Shown: piece after piece, positions 36,946 through 48,025 of the stretch
How the letters are laid out: each line of letters starts with the position of its first letter
Position numbering within the stretch: position 1 is the stretch's first letter
DNA from: Mayamaea pseudoterrestris
Taxonomy: Eukaryota
Direction: 5' to 3'
DNA length: 64,000 nucleotides
Assembly: GCA_027923505.1 (NCBI GenBank)
Contig: BROI01000013.1
Location: 248,001-312,000, forward strand
Notes under the pieces: generated by a model
What the model saw: the letters and a program-made list of their open reading frames with translations, nothing else
Told to the model about the DNA's origin: nothing
Database searches by the model: none
Program-made: the position numbers and the translations under genes

Positions 36946-37201
36946 ACAGTAGTTCTTTATAGGATAACTAACTGACTGCAACGCGGTCGGCAGCTGTTTC
37001 GTAAATGACTCTGATAAACAGTACTATGAGCGCACAGGTCGGATCTTGAGTTTTCACTCGTACACAACCTCCTCGACGCACCACGCATTGCTGCCGATGA
37101 AACTGCCGCACCGTCGAAATGCTTCCCTGCTGCTCGCTCTCTCGTTTCTGAAAGTACGAGATCCGCTGTGAGCGCGCCTCATCCGACAAAGATTCACGAG
37201 G

Positions 37202-38605
37202 ATGATCATGATGCGAGTATCTCCATCGCTCCTGGCCGGACGCTCCATCAATTTTGCAAGCTTGCGTAGCCTGTCAACCTTTTTTATCAACCCTTCGGAA
37301 CGTGCTGCATCGGATGGCCGCCAAGCAAGAGTCCGACCGATCAAGCCGCTTGACAACCATGATGGCAATCAGAACAAAGCGAAAGCCGTGTTCTACGTAC
37401 CCAAGGCTGATCGACATGAGCGCGGACCATTCCTCGTGGAGTATGTCCTTGGAGAAACAAGACTCCAGCGGGTCGACCGACTTTCACCCAGCCGTGAATT
37501 AAACTTTACGCCGATTCAATGGGAGAAACACAAATCGCCGTACAGAAAACTCCGGCATCTCCTCAACATGCTTCGAAGCAGTCCTCTCCAGCGCTTGCTG
37601 TTTCCTGACCTGTTCATTGTCACGGCTGTCTCGGTCGGGGTGACTTACTACAATACATTTGTTGCCTGCAGCGAAACGCTGGCTCACATGTCAGCCGAAG
37701 GTTTCGCTGGAGCTACCACGGCGATTGCAATACTTGCCGGCTTTCGCTTGAACGCCAGCTACGGTCGCTACGAGGAGTGCCGCATCTTTTGGGGGGATAC
37801 GAATAATACGATTCGCGACTTGGCAGGTATGTAAAATGAACTGCAACGCTGATGGTTTTACGTAAAAATGGACACTCCTCTCACTCCTTGATGTCTTTTT
37901 GCAATTGTCGTTGTAGGTCAAACCATGATGTGGATGAAGCAAGCCGATCAGCGTACACGCATGCTCAAACTCTGCAAGGCTTATCCAGTCGCACTCATGT
38001 TTCATTTAAATCGCAAAGGATGCCATCACAATATCAAGCGATATATCCCAGAGTCGCCTAGCTTTGACGAGCGCGTTCAAGCTGAATTTGAGGCGGAGCT
38101 TCAAGACATTTACTCGGATGGCAAGGATCAGTCTGACTATGACCGCTTTTGCGAAATCAAATACCAAGGCGGCAATACTCCGCTAGAAGTAATTACTTGC
38201 ATGCGCGAAACAATCGCCAGCAATGTCGATATGGGCGTCGATGCAGTCTATGTGAGGGAGTTGGATGAGCAAGTGCAGCGACTCTGCGCTGCCTTTGGAG
38301 CGAGTGAGCGCGTCTTGAGAACGCCACTGCCGACGGGGTTTACGCGGCACTCATCGCGATTGTTGGCGCTGTGGTCGAGTACGCTGCCCTTTGCCTTGTA
38401 TCCAGCCATGGGGCCGTATTTGACGCTTCCGTTCGCGCTTGTCACGTCGTATGCCGTTTTGGGCATTGAAGACCTTGGAGTGCAGCTGGAAGAACCTTTC
38501 AACATACTACCTCTTCGACAGTACAGCGACGGCATGTTCAATGACGTGACTCGTATTGAAACAAGTTACAACAAATATGTTGTTGCCAAGGATGGGAAGC
38601 AATAG
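37202..38605 (+). CDS. Bestrophin-family (UPF0187/VCCN-like) anion channel; intron 37827-37916
   Basis: GFRLNASYGRYEECRIFWG, ERVLRTPLPTGFTRH and GIEDLGVQLEEPF motifs. A GT..AG intron joins the two ORFs in frame (LAG-QTMMW). Confidence 0.92.
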
Positions 38606-38829
38606 TGGGCAAGCCATTCATCTAGTAGGCGAACGAGCAGACTTGGTAGGATATCAATTGGAATAGGTCAGCCACGAGTGACTGACTTGATAAGAAACCT
38701 CGGTGCAGCTACGGTACATAAGTTGACAAACATGTAAGCTGTACTCTCTGATTATACTCTATATTACAATATCACAACAAACAGAGGACTTCGATCAAAC
38801 GATAATTTGCAAATGACTCATCGTGGCCA

Positions 38830-39972
38830 CTAGTAAAAGTTCCAGGCTCCAGTCGTCCACTTGCGCGTATTGAGGCAGTTGTATAGGTAGAGTGTCTCGG
38901 AGTATTTGGGATGGTGGGTAATACTGACGCAGGTATTCTTGTCCCAGACAGCATTGATCTCAAAGTGACTGCCCCAAGCGGCGGTTCCATTCTGCGCTCG
39001 GTAGAGCTGGCGCTCGTTGTTGGTGTTGCAATCGTCGATGATGATTGGTTCCGTCTCATCGTCAGGTACAGTCAAACAAAGGTTGGAATTGCTGACCTTG
39101 ATTTGAAAGTTACTGCTTGTAACGTAGTTGAGCTCCCACTCGGTGACCGCCGAATCAATGTCGCAGTTGGTAATGTAGACGCGGCGACCAGCGCTGCACC
39201 TGTCACCGTTGCATCTCACGCACCACTTGCGCTCAAAGGACTCCTCCTGCCACATGTAACCCTGCTGCCAGTAAATCTTGAGAGCAAACGTCTTGCCACT
39301 ATGGTTCTCGTGGTCAGTGTTTTGTGGAGGGATGGACTGCTGCTCGAAGGGATCAATGCAATAGTCATTAGCCGTCGAGTCGGAAGTGCCGCCACTGCAG
39401 CCAGGGACAGATTCGCGGGCAACGCGCTGGTAGCACACCAAGCCCGGCTGGCAATCATCGTCCGAGTCGCAATCGCCTTGGCATTTTCCGAGCGGAAAGG
39501 CAGAGCTTGGGTTCTTGTTGTTTCCTTTGGTGGAAACCTGTGGAAGGTTGCCGGATGACGTGCCTCCACCGCTTGTACCTCCACTTGTGCCTCCATTGCT
39601 GCTGCTGCTCTTTGGATCATAGCAAAAGTCGGTCCCTGAATACTTGGAAGCTCCGCTGCAACCAGGGACTGCTTGCGTTCCGCTTCGTTGGAAGCACTTC
39701 AAGCCGGTCGCGCATTCGCTGTCAGAATCACAGTCTCCTTGGCAAACTCCGAGTGGAAAACTTGATGCAGGACTCTTGTTGTTCCCCTTGACGACAAGGG
39801 CCGTCGCCAGCAAACGATTCGTTGCAGACGACAATGGTCGGCTGCGAATCGAAGATTCCTCCATGGCATTTTCTGTCTTGCTTCCACTTGCAGATCCAAG
39901 GAACAGGACGGCCATGCAGGCAGCAGCCGCGACAACGGCAACGGTGAGCGCCAAGAGAGATGAAGTCTTCAT
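38830..39972 (-). CDS. Frustulin-like cell-wall protein: signal peptide, two acidic Cys-rich domains, Trp-rich/ricin-B-like C-terminus
   Basis: Hydrophobic N-terminus, two LG.CQGDCDSD..C..GL.C.QR....VPGCSG......D.C repeats separated by a Gly/Ser linker, then YWQQGYMWQEE...KW. Confidence 0.88.
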   Translation of the reverse strand: MKTSSLLALTVAVVAAAACMAVLFLGSASGSKTENAMEESSIRSRPLSSATNRLLATALVVKGNNKSPASSFPLGVCQGDCDSDSECATGLKCFQRSGTQAVPGCSGASKYSGTDFCYDPKSSSSNGGTSGGTSGGGTSSGNLPQVSTKGNNKNPSSAFPLGKCQGDCDSDDDCQPGLVCYQRVARESVPGCSGGTSDSTANDYCIDPFEQQSIPPQNTDHENHSGKTFALKIYWQQGYMWQEESFERKWCVRCNGDRCSAGRRVYITNCDIDSAVTEWELNYVTSSNFQIKVSNSNLCLTVPDDETEPIIIDDCNTNNERQLYRAQNGTAAWGSHFEINAVWDKNTCVSITHHPKYSETLYLYNCLNTRKWTTGAWNFY

Positions 39973-40945
39973 TTCGATGGTGGTGGCAAAAAATGTGAGC
40001 CTCGTTTATGGATGAACAACGAAAAAATGAGTGAGCAAAGCAATGCGGTGCAATACATGTGCGCGTGGCGACCTCGCGTTTTTCGAAATGGGGTTGGCTT
40101 TGCGTTTCGGAAGTTCCTTCCCGAGCTGTTGAATGACTGGCTAGCTACCGTTGCGCTAAGTAAACGCGAGCCAGTCCATGTCAATTAGAAGATTAGTCAC
40201 ACTGAATGCCTTACGCACGATTGAAGTTTTCAAGATGCCAGAAGTTCGTCATTCCGGCAAAAGAGGGTAGCTAACTCCTTTGCAATTGCGGCGCCAATAG
40301 CGTCGTTTTAGCAATCCATACTCCTGCACGACACGATAGCGCATCAACTGCGTTCCTTATTTGGAAATGCATTGGCAAAGTTGGCGTCTTTCGAATCCCC
40401 TAAATATAGGTGCGGCGACACTCACGTTTAGGAGTGGTTCAGTGTTCAAAACCAATCGATCATAATGAGTGCGTTTGCCTTCAATGCAAGTGCTCTCATC
40501 TCAGGCGGTTACTCTTGTCCGAACGGCACAGCGTCATGTGTGCTACCGTTGCACGTCGACGTACAATCATGTGCATTAAATTCGTCCACGCTGCAGATTA
40601 AAGTCGTCTCCTTCGCGGTAGACTCTAACGTCAATCAAATAACAGTAAAAGTACCAGCACTCCATCATTGAGGCTTTTAGCTGCTCGACCCTGGAGCCAG
40701 TCGTGATAAGTTGCATGTAGTAGCCTTGCTTCTGGCGTCGGCTAGCTTTGATTCGGTCGGAGCTGCATCCGGAGCTTCGAAAAATTGACCTCGCCGAGAT
40801 TTCACTCCTGTTGCTCCCTAGAGGCTTACCGGCCATTTAACGGCTGGCTCATTTATTTGCTATTGCCTTTTGAACTTGCGGTAGTGAAAGAGACAATGCG
40901 GCTCGTGCGTGTTTATGAGTGACGTGTCAAGCTTTGACGATGGCC

Positions 40946-40973
40946 AAGATTCGAAAGATTCATCGTGCACGTG
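40946..40973. promoter_or_regulatory. Two DAGATTCR motifs and a CACGTG box upstream of PiT copy 1
   Basis: AAGATTCG 40946-40953, AAGATTCA 40955-40962 and CACGTG 40968-40973, about 100 bp before the ATG. Confidence 0.55.
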
Positions 40974-41059
40974 GTTGAGTCCTTCAGCCGGATACCTCGT
41001 CGCGGAACGCCACTCATTCTTCACAAATTGTTGTGCACTCTCTGACACCGATCTTCATC

Positions 41060-42820
41060 ATGGCTGCTCCCGATACTTCCTACCTTTGGATTGCCGTCAT
41101 TGGCGGGATATTTGGGTTCTTCTACGGATTCTTGATTGGAGCTAACGATGTTGCCAACGCATTTGCCTCGTCCGTTTCTGCCAAGTCGCTCACGCTAAAA
41201 CAAGCCGTCCTTTGCGCCGCCGTCTTTGAATTTACGGGGGCCTTCTTCTTGGGTGCCTCGGTGACTTCTACCGTTCGCTCTAAACTCTTTGATGTTGAGT
41301 TGTACGCCGACGAGCCATATGTGCTCATGTTCGGCATGTTTACGTCCCTCCTCTCGGTAAGTTTTGACTTCCAAGTCGTGTATGTTCTCGGCGCCTCTAC
41401 CATGCGCCATGCATACGCGCGCGGAAGCTAGAATCAAATTTTAGCTAACCCATGAATCTTTCGCACTTGCCATAGGCCAACTTGATGTTATTCATTGCCA
41501 CCTACTTTGGAATGCCCGTCTCAACAACGCACGATATTGTTGGTTGCATCCTCGGTTTCACGATTGCCGCCAAGGGATTTGGGTCGGTCGACTGGGACGT
41601 GATTGTTAAGATTATTATTTCGTGGCTGGCCTCGCCCTTGATTAGTGGAGCCTTTGGTGCCATTATTTTTGGTCTCGTCAAGTACTGTGTCATGAAGGCT
41701 AAGAATCCGTACCAACGCGCCTACTATTCCTTTCCAGTGGTGTTAATTGTCGGTGTCGGGTAAGTCACGCGCATGGATTCGATACTGTTAATTCAATGCG
41801 CATCTGAGACTAACCCTGCATTCCATTTTCAGTATTAACCTTTTCTACGTACTCTACAAGGGTGCCGCCAACTTCAAGGATTTCCAAGAAAAAGTTGACG
41901 TCAAGTGGGTTTTGCCAACTTCGCTTGGGGCTGGCGCTGTCTGTGGTCTCATTTGGATCTTTATAATTGGTCCCTGCGCCCGCAAGCGTGTCGAAGCTCA
42001 CTTTGTAGAGCGCGATGCCGCTTTGGAGAAGGCTGAAGTTGACAAGGCGGATGCTGAGGCTGTCAAGGCTGAGGCTGCCCTGGAGGAGGAGGACGACACC
42101 AAGCAGGAGCCGAGTGTTGCCGTCGAAGGAGAGGAGGGTGTTGGCGGCGAGGATCCAGCCGTGCCAGAGCAATCGCAGTCTACCGGCAACAACTGGCGCA
42201 AGAAGATGCCGTGGGAGCAGGACTTGCATGCTCAATCCATGCACGAATCACCGCGTGCTGCGGAGATTTGGGATGAGCAAGAAACGTTTGATGAGAATGC
42301 CGAAGGCCTTTTTAGTTACATTCAAGTCTTTACCGCGTGCCTCAACTCTTTTGCCCATGGAGCAAATGACGTTGCCAACACGATTGCTCCCATGAGCGCC
42401 GTTATTCAAATCTACCAGAGTGGCGTTGTTGACAAGGATGCCACTGTTCAAAAGTGGGTCTTGGCGTTTGGAGGCATTTCAATTGTTCTCGGCCTTGCGC
42501 TGTACGGATACCGAGTCATGAAGTCCCTTGGGTACAAGCTTACCAAGCTGTCCCCTTCCCGCGGTGCATCGGCTGAGCTAGGAGCCTCCTTGTGCGTAGT
42601 AACTGCTTCCTTCATGGGCATTCCAGTTTCTTCAACGCAGTGCATTGTCGGTGCCGTCACTGGTGTTGGTTTGCTAGGAGGCCGCAAGGGTATTCAGTGG
42701 CTTTTCCTCCTCAAGGTTTGCTGCAGCTGGGTCATGTTATTCTTCTGTTGCGTCCTCTTTTCTGCTGGACTGTTCTCCTTTGCGGCTTACTCGCCTGATT
42801 TGAACCCGAATGCTGCCTAA
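41060..42820 (+). CDS. PiT/PHO4 (SLC20) inorganic phosphate transporter, copy 1; introns 41357-41475 and 41760-41832
   Basis: Two GANDVAN signatures, PVSTTH and PVSSTQ. GT-AG introns restore the frame. Confidence 0.95.
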
Positions 42821-43336
42821 GCAAGAAACATGCTCTCTTATCACATGACTGAATAGCGCATTGGCTTTTTCAAAATTAATAATGTAAGGTCTTCTTGTTA
42901 TTTACTCCTTGCTGATTACTCGTAGCTTTGTTTGTATCAACAGCGAGAATGTCTGGCGAGATGCGAACGCATCGGTGCCGGCAGAAGTAATCGAAGCTTC
43001 TCATGAGCAAACTAGCACTAGCATTTATTGATTACCGTAGCGAGGACTTCCCAAAGCATTTTTTAAAGCAGTAATGGCGGCGCATTGATGGTCTATCGGC
43101 ATGTCCATGGCCGAGATGTTGCTTCGTTGTCGGCTATCCAATGAAATTCGTTCGTCGTAATGAAAACTGCAAGATTGTACTATCTCGCTTATAGCTCATA
43201 AATAAAACCAACGGCTCTTCAACCGTCATGCGTAGGTTGTGCATCGCATTTCCTCTCGTTGCATTGCGAACAGGTGCGAGGTATCCCAGAAAGCTTTGCG
43301 ACGATGTTCCGTATCGATGTCATCCCCGTCGTAATC

Positions 43337-43438
43337 AAGATTCATGGGGCCCGCATCCATTATGGCCACTCCGTGATGAAGATTCATGTGACGGCTGGCA
43401 GAGTCGGCAGCCACCTGATCCAGTCAAGCGGAGATTCA
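43337..43438. promoter_or_regulatory. Three DAGATTCA motifs upstream of PiT copy 2
   Basis: AAGATTCATG at 43337, AAGATTCATG at 43379 and GAGATTCATG at 43431. Confidence 0.6.
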
Positions 43439-43546
43439 TGCGCAAAATTGTTGAAGAAAGCTCGCGACATCCATTCAATCATCACATTATAAAAAGGTCA
43501 GATCCTGATCAGTTGTTGGCTTTATCGGCTTCATTCTGTCTGCATC

Positions 43547-45293
43547 ATGAGCGCTCCAAACACCACCTACCTTTGGATCGCTATCCTTGGCGGTATCTTT
43601 GGCTTCTTCTATGGCTTCTTGATTGGGGCCAACGACGTGGCGAACGCCTTCGCGTCCTCCGTTTCCGCCAGGTCTCTCACCTTGAAGCAAGCGGTTTTGG
43701 TTGCCTCCATTTGCGAGTTTACTGGCGCGTTCTTTTTGGGTGCCTCGGTTACTTCCACTGTCAGGTCCAAGCTGTTTGACGTTGAGCTGTATGCCGATGA
43801 GCCATATGTCCTCATGTTTGGCATGTTTACATCCCTTCTCTCGGTGAGTGACGTGAATGAATTGGATTTTATAATGTTTCGAGGTCTTCGGAACGGTACG
43901 ACTCACACGATCACTCTTTCCTTTGTTGTAGGCCAACCTCATGTTGTTCATTGCAACGTACTTTGGAATGCCAGTCTCCACCACACACGACGTTGTCGGA
44001 TGCATCTTGGGATTCACCATTTCCGCCAAAGGCTTTCACTCTGTGGATTGGAGCGTCATTAAGAAGATTATCATCTCATGGATCGCGTCTCCATTGTTGA
44101 GTGGCGCGTTTGCGGCCATTATCTTTGGAGCCATCAAGTATTTGGTCATGCGCGCCAAGAACCCCTACCAACGCGCCTACTACACGTTTCCAGTGATTCT
44201 AACGATTGGAATTGGGTAAGTTTGTTTAACGTCGTAGCCTTCGTGAATGCCCTTGTCAATGCACACTCACACGGATCTGCGCTCCGCTTTTAGAATTGAC
44301 CTCTTTTACATCTTGTACAAGGGCACATCCAACTTCAAGGAGTTTCAAGAAAAGGTGTCTCTAAAGTGGGTGTTGCCGACCTCATTTGGTGTCGGAGCAT
44401 TTTGTGGTCTTGTTTGGATCTTCATCCTTGGTCCCTTTGCGCGCAAGCGCGTCGAGGCTCAGTTTGCCGCAAGGGATGCTGCGATTGTACAAGCTGAGAC
44501 TGACAAGGCGGACGCTGAAGCCGACAAAGCGGAAGCTGCTATCAAGGCAGAAGCGGCGGTCAATAGCTCGGAAGACGATGATGAAGATAGTCCCAAGCGA
44601 GAGCAGAGTGTTGCGGTCGAGGGCGAGGGAGTTGGTGGAGAGGATCCGGTGCTGGAGCAAGCTCCAAAGTGGTACAAGAACATGCCCTGGGACCAGGATT
44701 TGCATGCCCAGTCCATGCACGAGTCTCCACGTGCGGCCGAGATTTGGGATGAACAGGAAAACTTTGATGAGAACGCCGAAGGTCTCTTTAACTACATTCA
44801 AGTGTTCACGGCCTGCTTAAACTCGTTTGCGCATGGTGCCAACGACGTGGCGAATACGATTGCCCCTATGAGTGCGGTCATTGAAATTTACCAAACTGGG
44901 GCTGTCAATGCTGATGCCACCGTCCAGAAGTGGGTATTGGCGTTTGGCGGTATTGCAATCATTCTTGGCCTCGCCTTGTATGGATACAGGGTTATGAAGT
45001 CCCTTGGGTACAAGCTTACCAAGCTGTCTCCGTCCCGCGGTGCATCGGCTGAACTAGGAGCGTCTTTGACGGTTGTTACTGCCTCCTTTTTGGGCATTCC
45101 AATCTCCTCGACGCAGTGCATTGTAGGAGCTGTCACTGGAGTTGGCATGTTTGGTGGTAAAGGAGGCATCCAGTGGCTTTTCCTCCTCAAAGTCTGCTGC
45201 AGTTGGGCCGTCTTATTTATCTGCTGTGTGCTTCTGTCTGCCGGAGTCTTCTCGTTTGCTGCATACTCTCCTGATTTGAACCCAAACGCGTAA
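43547..45293 (+). CDS. PiT/PHO4 (SLC20) phosphate transporter, copy 2; introns 43844-43931 and 44216-44293
   Basis: Same motifs and same intron positions as copy 1; tandem paralogue. Confidence 0.95.
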
Positions 45294-45672
45294 GGAGCGA
45301 GTGCATTGCGTCGATGTTTACTTGAGATTCGCTAGACAAAGTTGCATGTGGCCTATTAGATCTCGTTTAGTTTGTATTAGATATAAATTATTAAGTCTGA
45401 CGTAGCCAACTTAAAGCAAACGAGTCTGACGTAGCTGATTTAAATTAAACGAGCTTTTATGTAGCGCTTCATGGATAGGCATTGCCGCGTTTGGATGTCT
45501 GGTTCCAGCGAGCGTCAGCGTTTAACGTACTTCGCCTGCAATTTATGTATGACGTAGCAGGCGCGGCCGAAAAAATATCCATCATCAAGAGGCGGAAGCG
45601 CTTCTGATGCATTTGTTTCTCGAGCGATTATCGATTTGTTGTGAGCCTCGACTCGATTGCACCATGCCTGGT

Positions 45673-47459
45673 TCAACTCGTTCTCTTGCCACACCAGAAC
45701 GTTAACGCTGCCAAGCTGACGCAGAGAAATGCCGAAGCTACATAGACATGAAAGCGAGCCGGGTCAGGAAACAGAAACCCGATGGCGAAGGAGGCAAGAG
45801 TGAAGAAAGCGTTCATGGCGCTCTGGACTGCGCCAACTTTGACTCTCGCGCCGTCGGCGACCTGCTCCTGTTGCATTTGAGTCACGGCTATATCGACAAT
45901 CCATAAGCCAATGCGACTGGCGCAAACACCAGCAATCAAAAGAGAGAGCGAAACATCGCTGTCTATTTGAACTGCGCAGTACGCCAAACCAAGGCAGATG
46001 GCCTCGCAAACGACGCTGCACAAGCCAGTAGTCACCAACCCCAAACGCTTCGCCATGAAAGAGTACGCGCACGTACCCAAGAGACCAATCGCTGAAGCAA
46101 TACCGCGAAGTACACCGATGGCGGGCAATTGCAGCTGGCGGTAGAGAAGGTACGCCGTCATGATGCCGTTGCCAAATGTCAGGCTGGATCAACAGTGTGC
46201 GCGAGTGAGAACGTTCAGTGAGCGTCCGCAGTAAAGATTAGTATTTATTAAGTCGGCTGCTCACGAACGACTCACCCATTGCAATACAAGACAGCAAGCG
46301 AGAAGCCATAGAGGGCAGTAGGTTGTTGCATATAGAGTCGCAGCTCCGGGCTGGTAAACCTATCTAGCCATGTCCTTTGGCTAGACGAGTCTGTTTGATC
46401 ATTGCCGTGCTTGCGATGCTCATGCTCAACCACTTTGTCTGACAAGGCAGGTACTAGAGTGTAGATTCTGGACGTGCGAATGTATTCCGCAACAAGTGCG
46501 AGTGTGTTGAGTCCACCAATAAACAAGCATCCCCATTCCAGACCGTTCGCCGTCATTCGTTGTGAGTTGCTCACTGATGTGATCAAGGGAAGCAGCAAAC
46601 CTGCTAGTGCTGGGCCAACGACTTTACAGCTCAAGTCAATCTGCTTCATCGTAACATTCATCGTTGACAATTGCGCTGAGAATGCGACGTTTTGCGTAGA
46701 GCATCCATGGTCGCTGTTGTCATGTACTGCTTCATCGCCTGATTGAGCAACTGCCTCTGCCGACGCTCGACACATATTGACCACCCAGTCACGTTCCATG
46801 GCGATGGTAAAGGCTTGGTCCAAAACGGTCACAACAGATCCAAAGAAATGAATCAGAACGAGCAGTGCAAGCTGATTGGTGTCGAACGTAACATTCGCAA
46901 AAGTCGAGCCGGTACTGCTGGCGTCCTCAAACTTCGCTCCAGCTGCTTGATGCGAGTCGGATGCATCCGCTCTACTCGACAATAACATGAAGCAGCAAGC
47001 AGTCGTCATCCATACCGCGACCATCTCTAAACCAATGAGTATTCGTGCAGCGCGCAATCGATTCGTGTCCACATGATCCAACCACGTTCCAAGTTTCGGA
47101 CAAGCCACAACGACGGCTAGTTGAGTTGCAAAACCGTAAGTTGAAACTAGTACTATGCTTTGATAGTTGACAACGGCTGCGAGAAAGATTGTCAGGCTAA
47201 ATTGCCAGGCAAACTCGGAGAATTGATTAAAAGCGTGCGAAACGTAGAGGAGGTGTCGGGCGCACTGGCATGCCTTGGCAGAAGTAGAGACTGACCGATC
47301 TGGCGCATTTGTTTTGCCATTTTTCTCTTTATTTTCCAAGGCTTTGCTTTCGCTGCCGTTTTCGGGCAGTAGCGCCTTGACATGGGACGAGTTATCTGGC
47401 AGCAGTGATTGGATGAGCTCAATTTCATCCTCTTCCGCGCAGTCGTTGACTGCCTGCAT
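45673..47459 (-). CDS. Ferroportin (SLC40/IREG)-family metal exporter; intron 46184-46275
   Basis: LYVSHAFNQFSEFAWQF, IAMERDWV, MKQIDLSCKVVGP, LTFGNGIMTAYL, SRIGLWIVDIAVTQMQQE and PDPARF. Confidence 0.92.
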
Positions 47460-47669
47460 CGTCTTGCTCCATTCGAGCGCGCAGAACCAACGAAAAGATC
47501 CTCAATCTCGTCGTTTGCTACTTCGGCACTGAATACATGGCTAGAAGGGAGCACCAAGACTATCCCCAATGGTGCAAAAGTGCAAGCCTCGAGATGACCA
47601 TCATGGTCGAAACCTCACCGCTGCGATACTCAACTGTGCTCAAAAACGTTGTGATTGGCTCATCATGAC

Positions 47670-48025
47670 TCAACTGTGCTCCATATAGTGTGGCAATAAC
47701 TTTGATTTTCAACGGACGTTGACTGTGGTTCAAACAGTACTGCCAATAACTTTGATTTTCAACGTACGTCGACTGTGGCGCAAATAGTACTGCCAATAAC
47801 TTTGATTTTCAACGGACATTGACTGTGGTTCAAACAGTACTGCCAATAACTTTGATTTTCAACGTACGATGACTGTCGTTCAAACAGTTCTGCCAATAAC
47901 TTTGATTTTCAACGTACGTTAACTGTGGCACTAACAGTACTGACAATGACTTTGAAAAATCACTGACACTATGGCTCGAACAGTAATGCCAATTACTGTG
48001 ATTTTCAACATACGCTGACTTCGGT
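47670..48025. repeat. 50-bp minisatellite, about 7 copies
   Basis: CAATAACTTTGATTTTCAACG recurs at 47694, 47744, 47794, 47844 and 47894, with degenerate copies at 47944 and ~47990. Confidence 0.95.

Noticed and set aside
9340..36950. Telomeric or rDNA-spacer origin of the repeats
   Set aside because: There are no TTAGGG-type arrays or rRNA/tRNA sequence, and genes flank both sides.
47515..47545. Iron-responsive element (CAGTGC on the minus strand) upstream of ferroportin
   Set aside because: The flanks GTATT and CGAAG do not pair, so there is no IRE stem.
47670..48025. Mini-CRISPR (29-bp constant plus 21-bp variable)
   Set aside because: The variable parts are clearly homologous to each other (all GACTGT/AACTGT variants), so it is a plain minisatellite.
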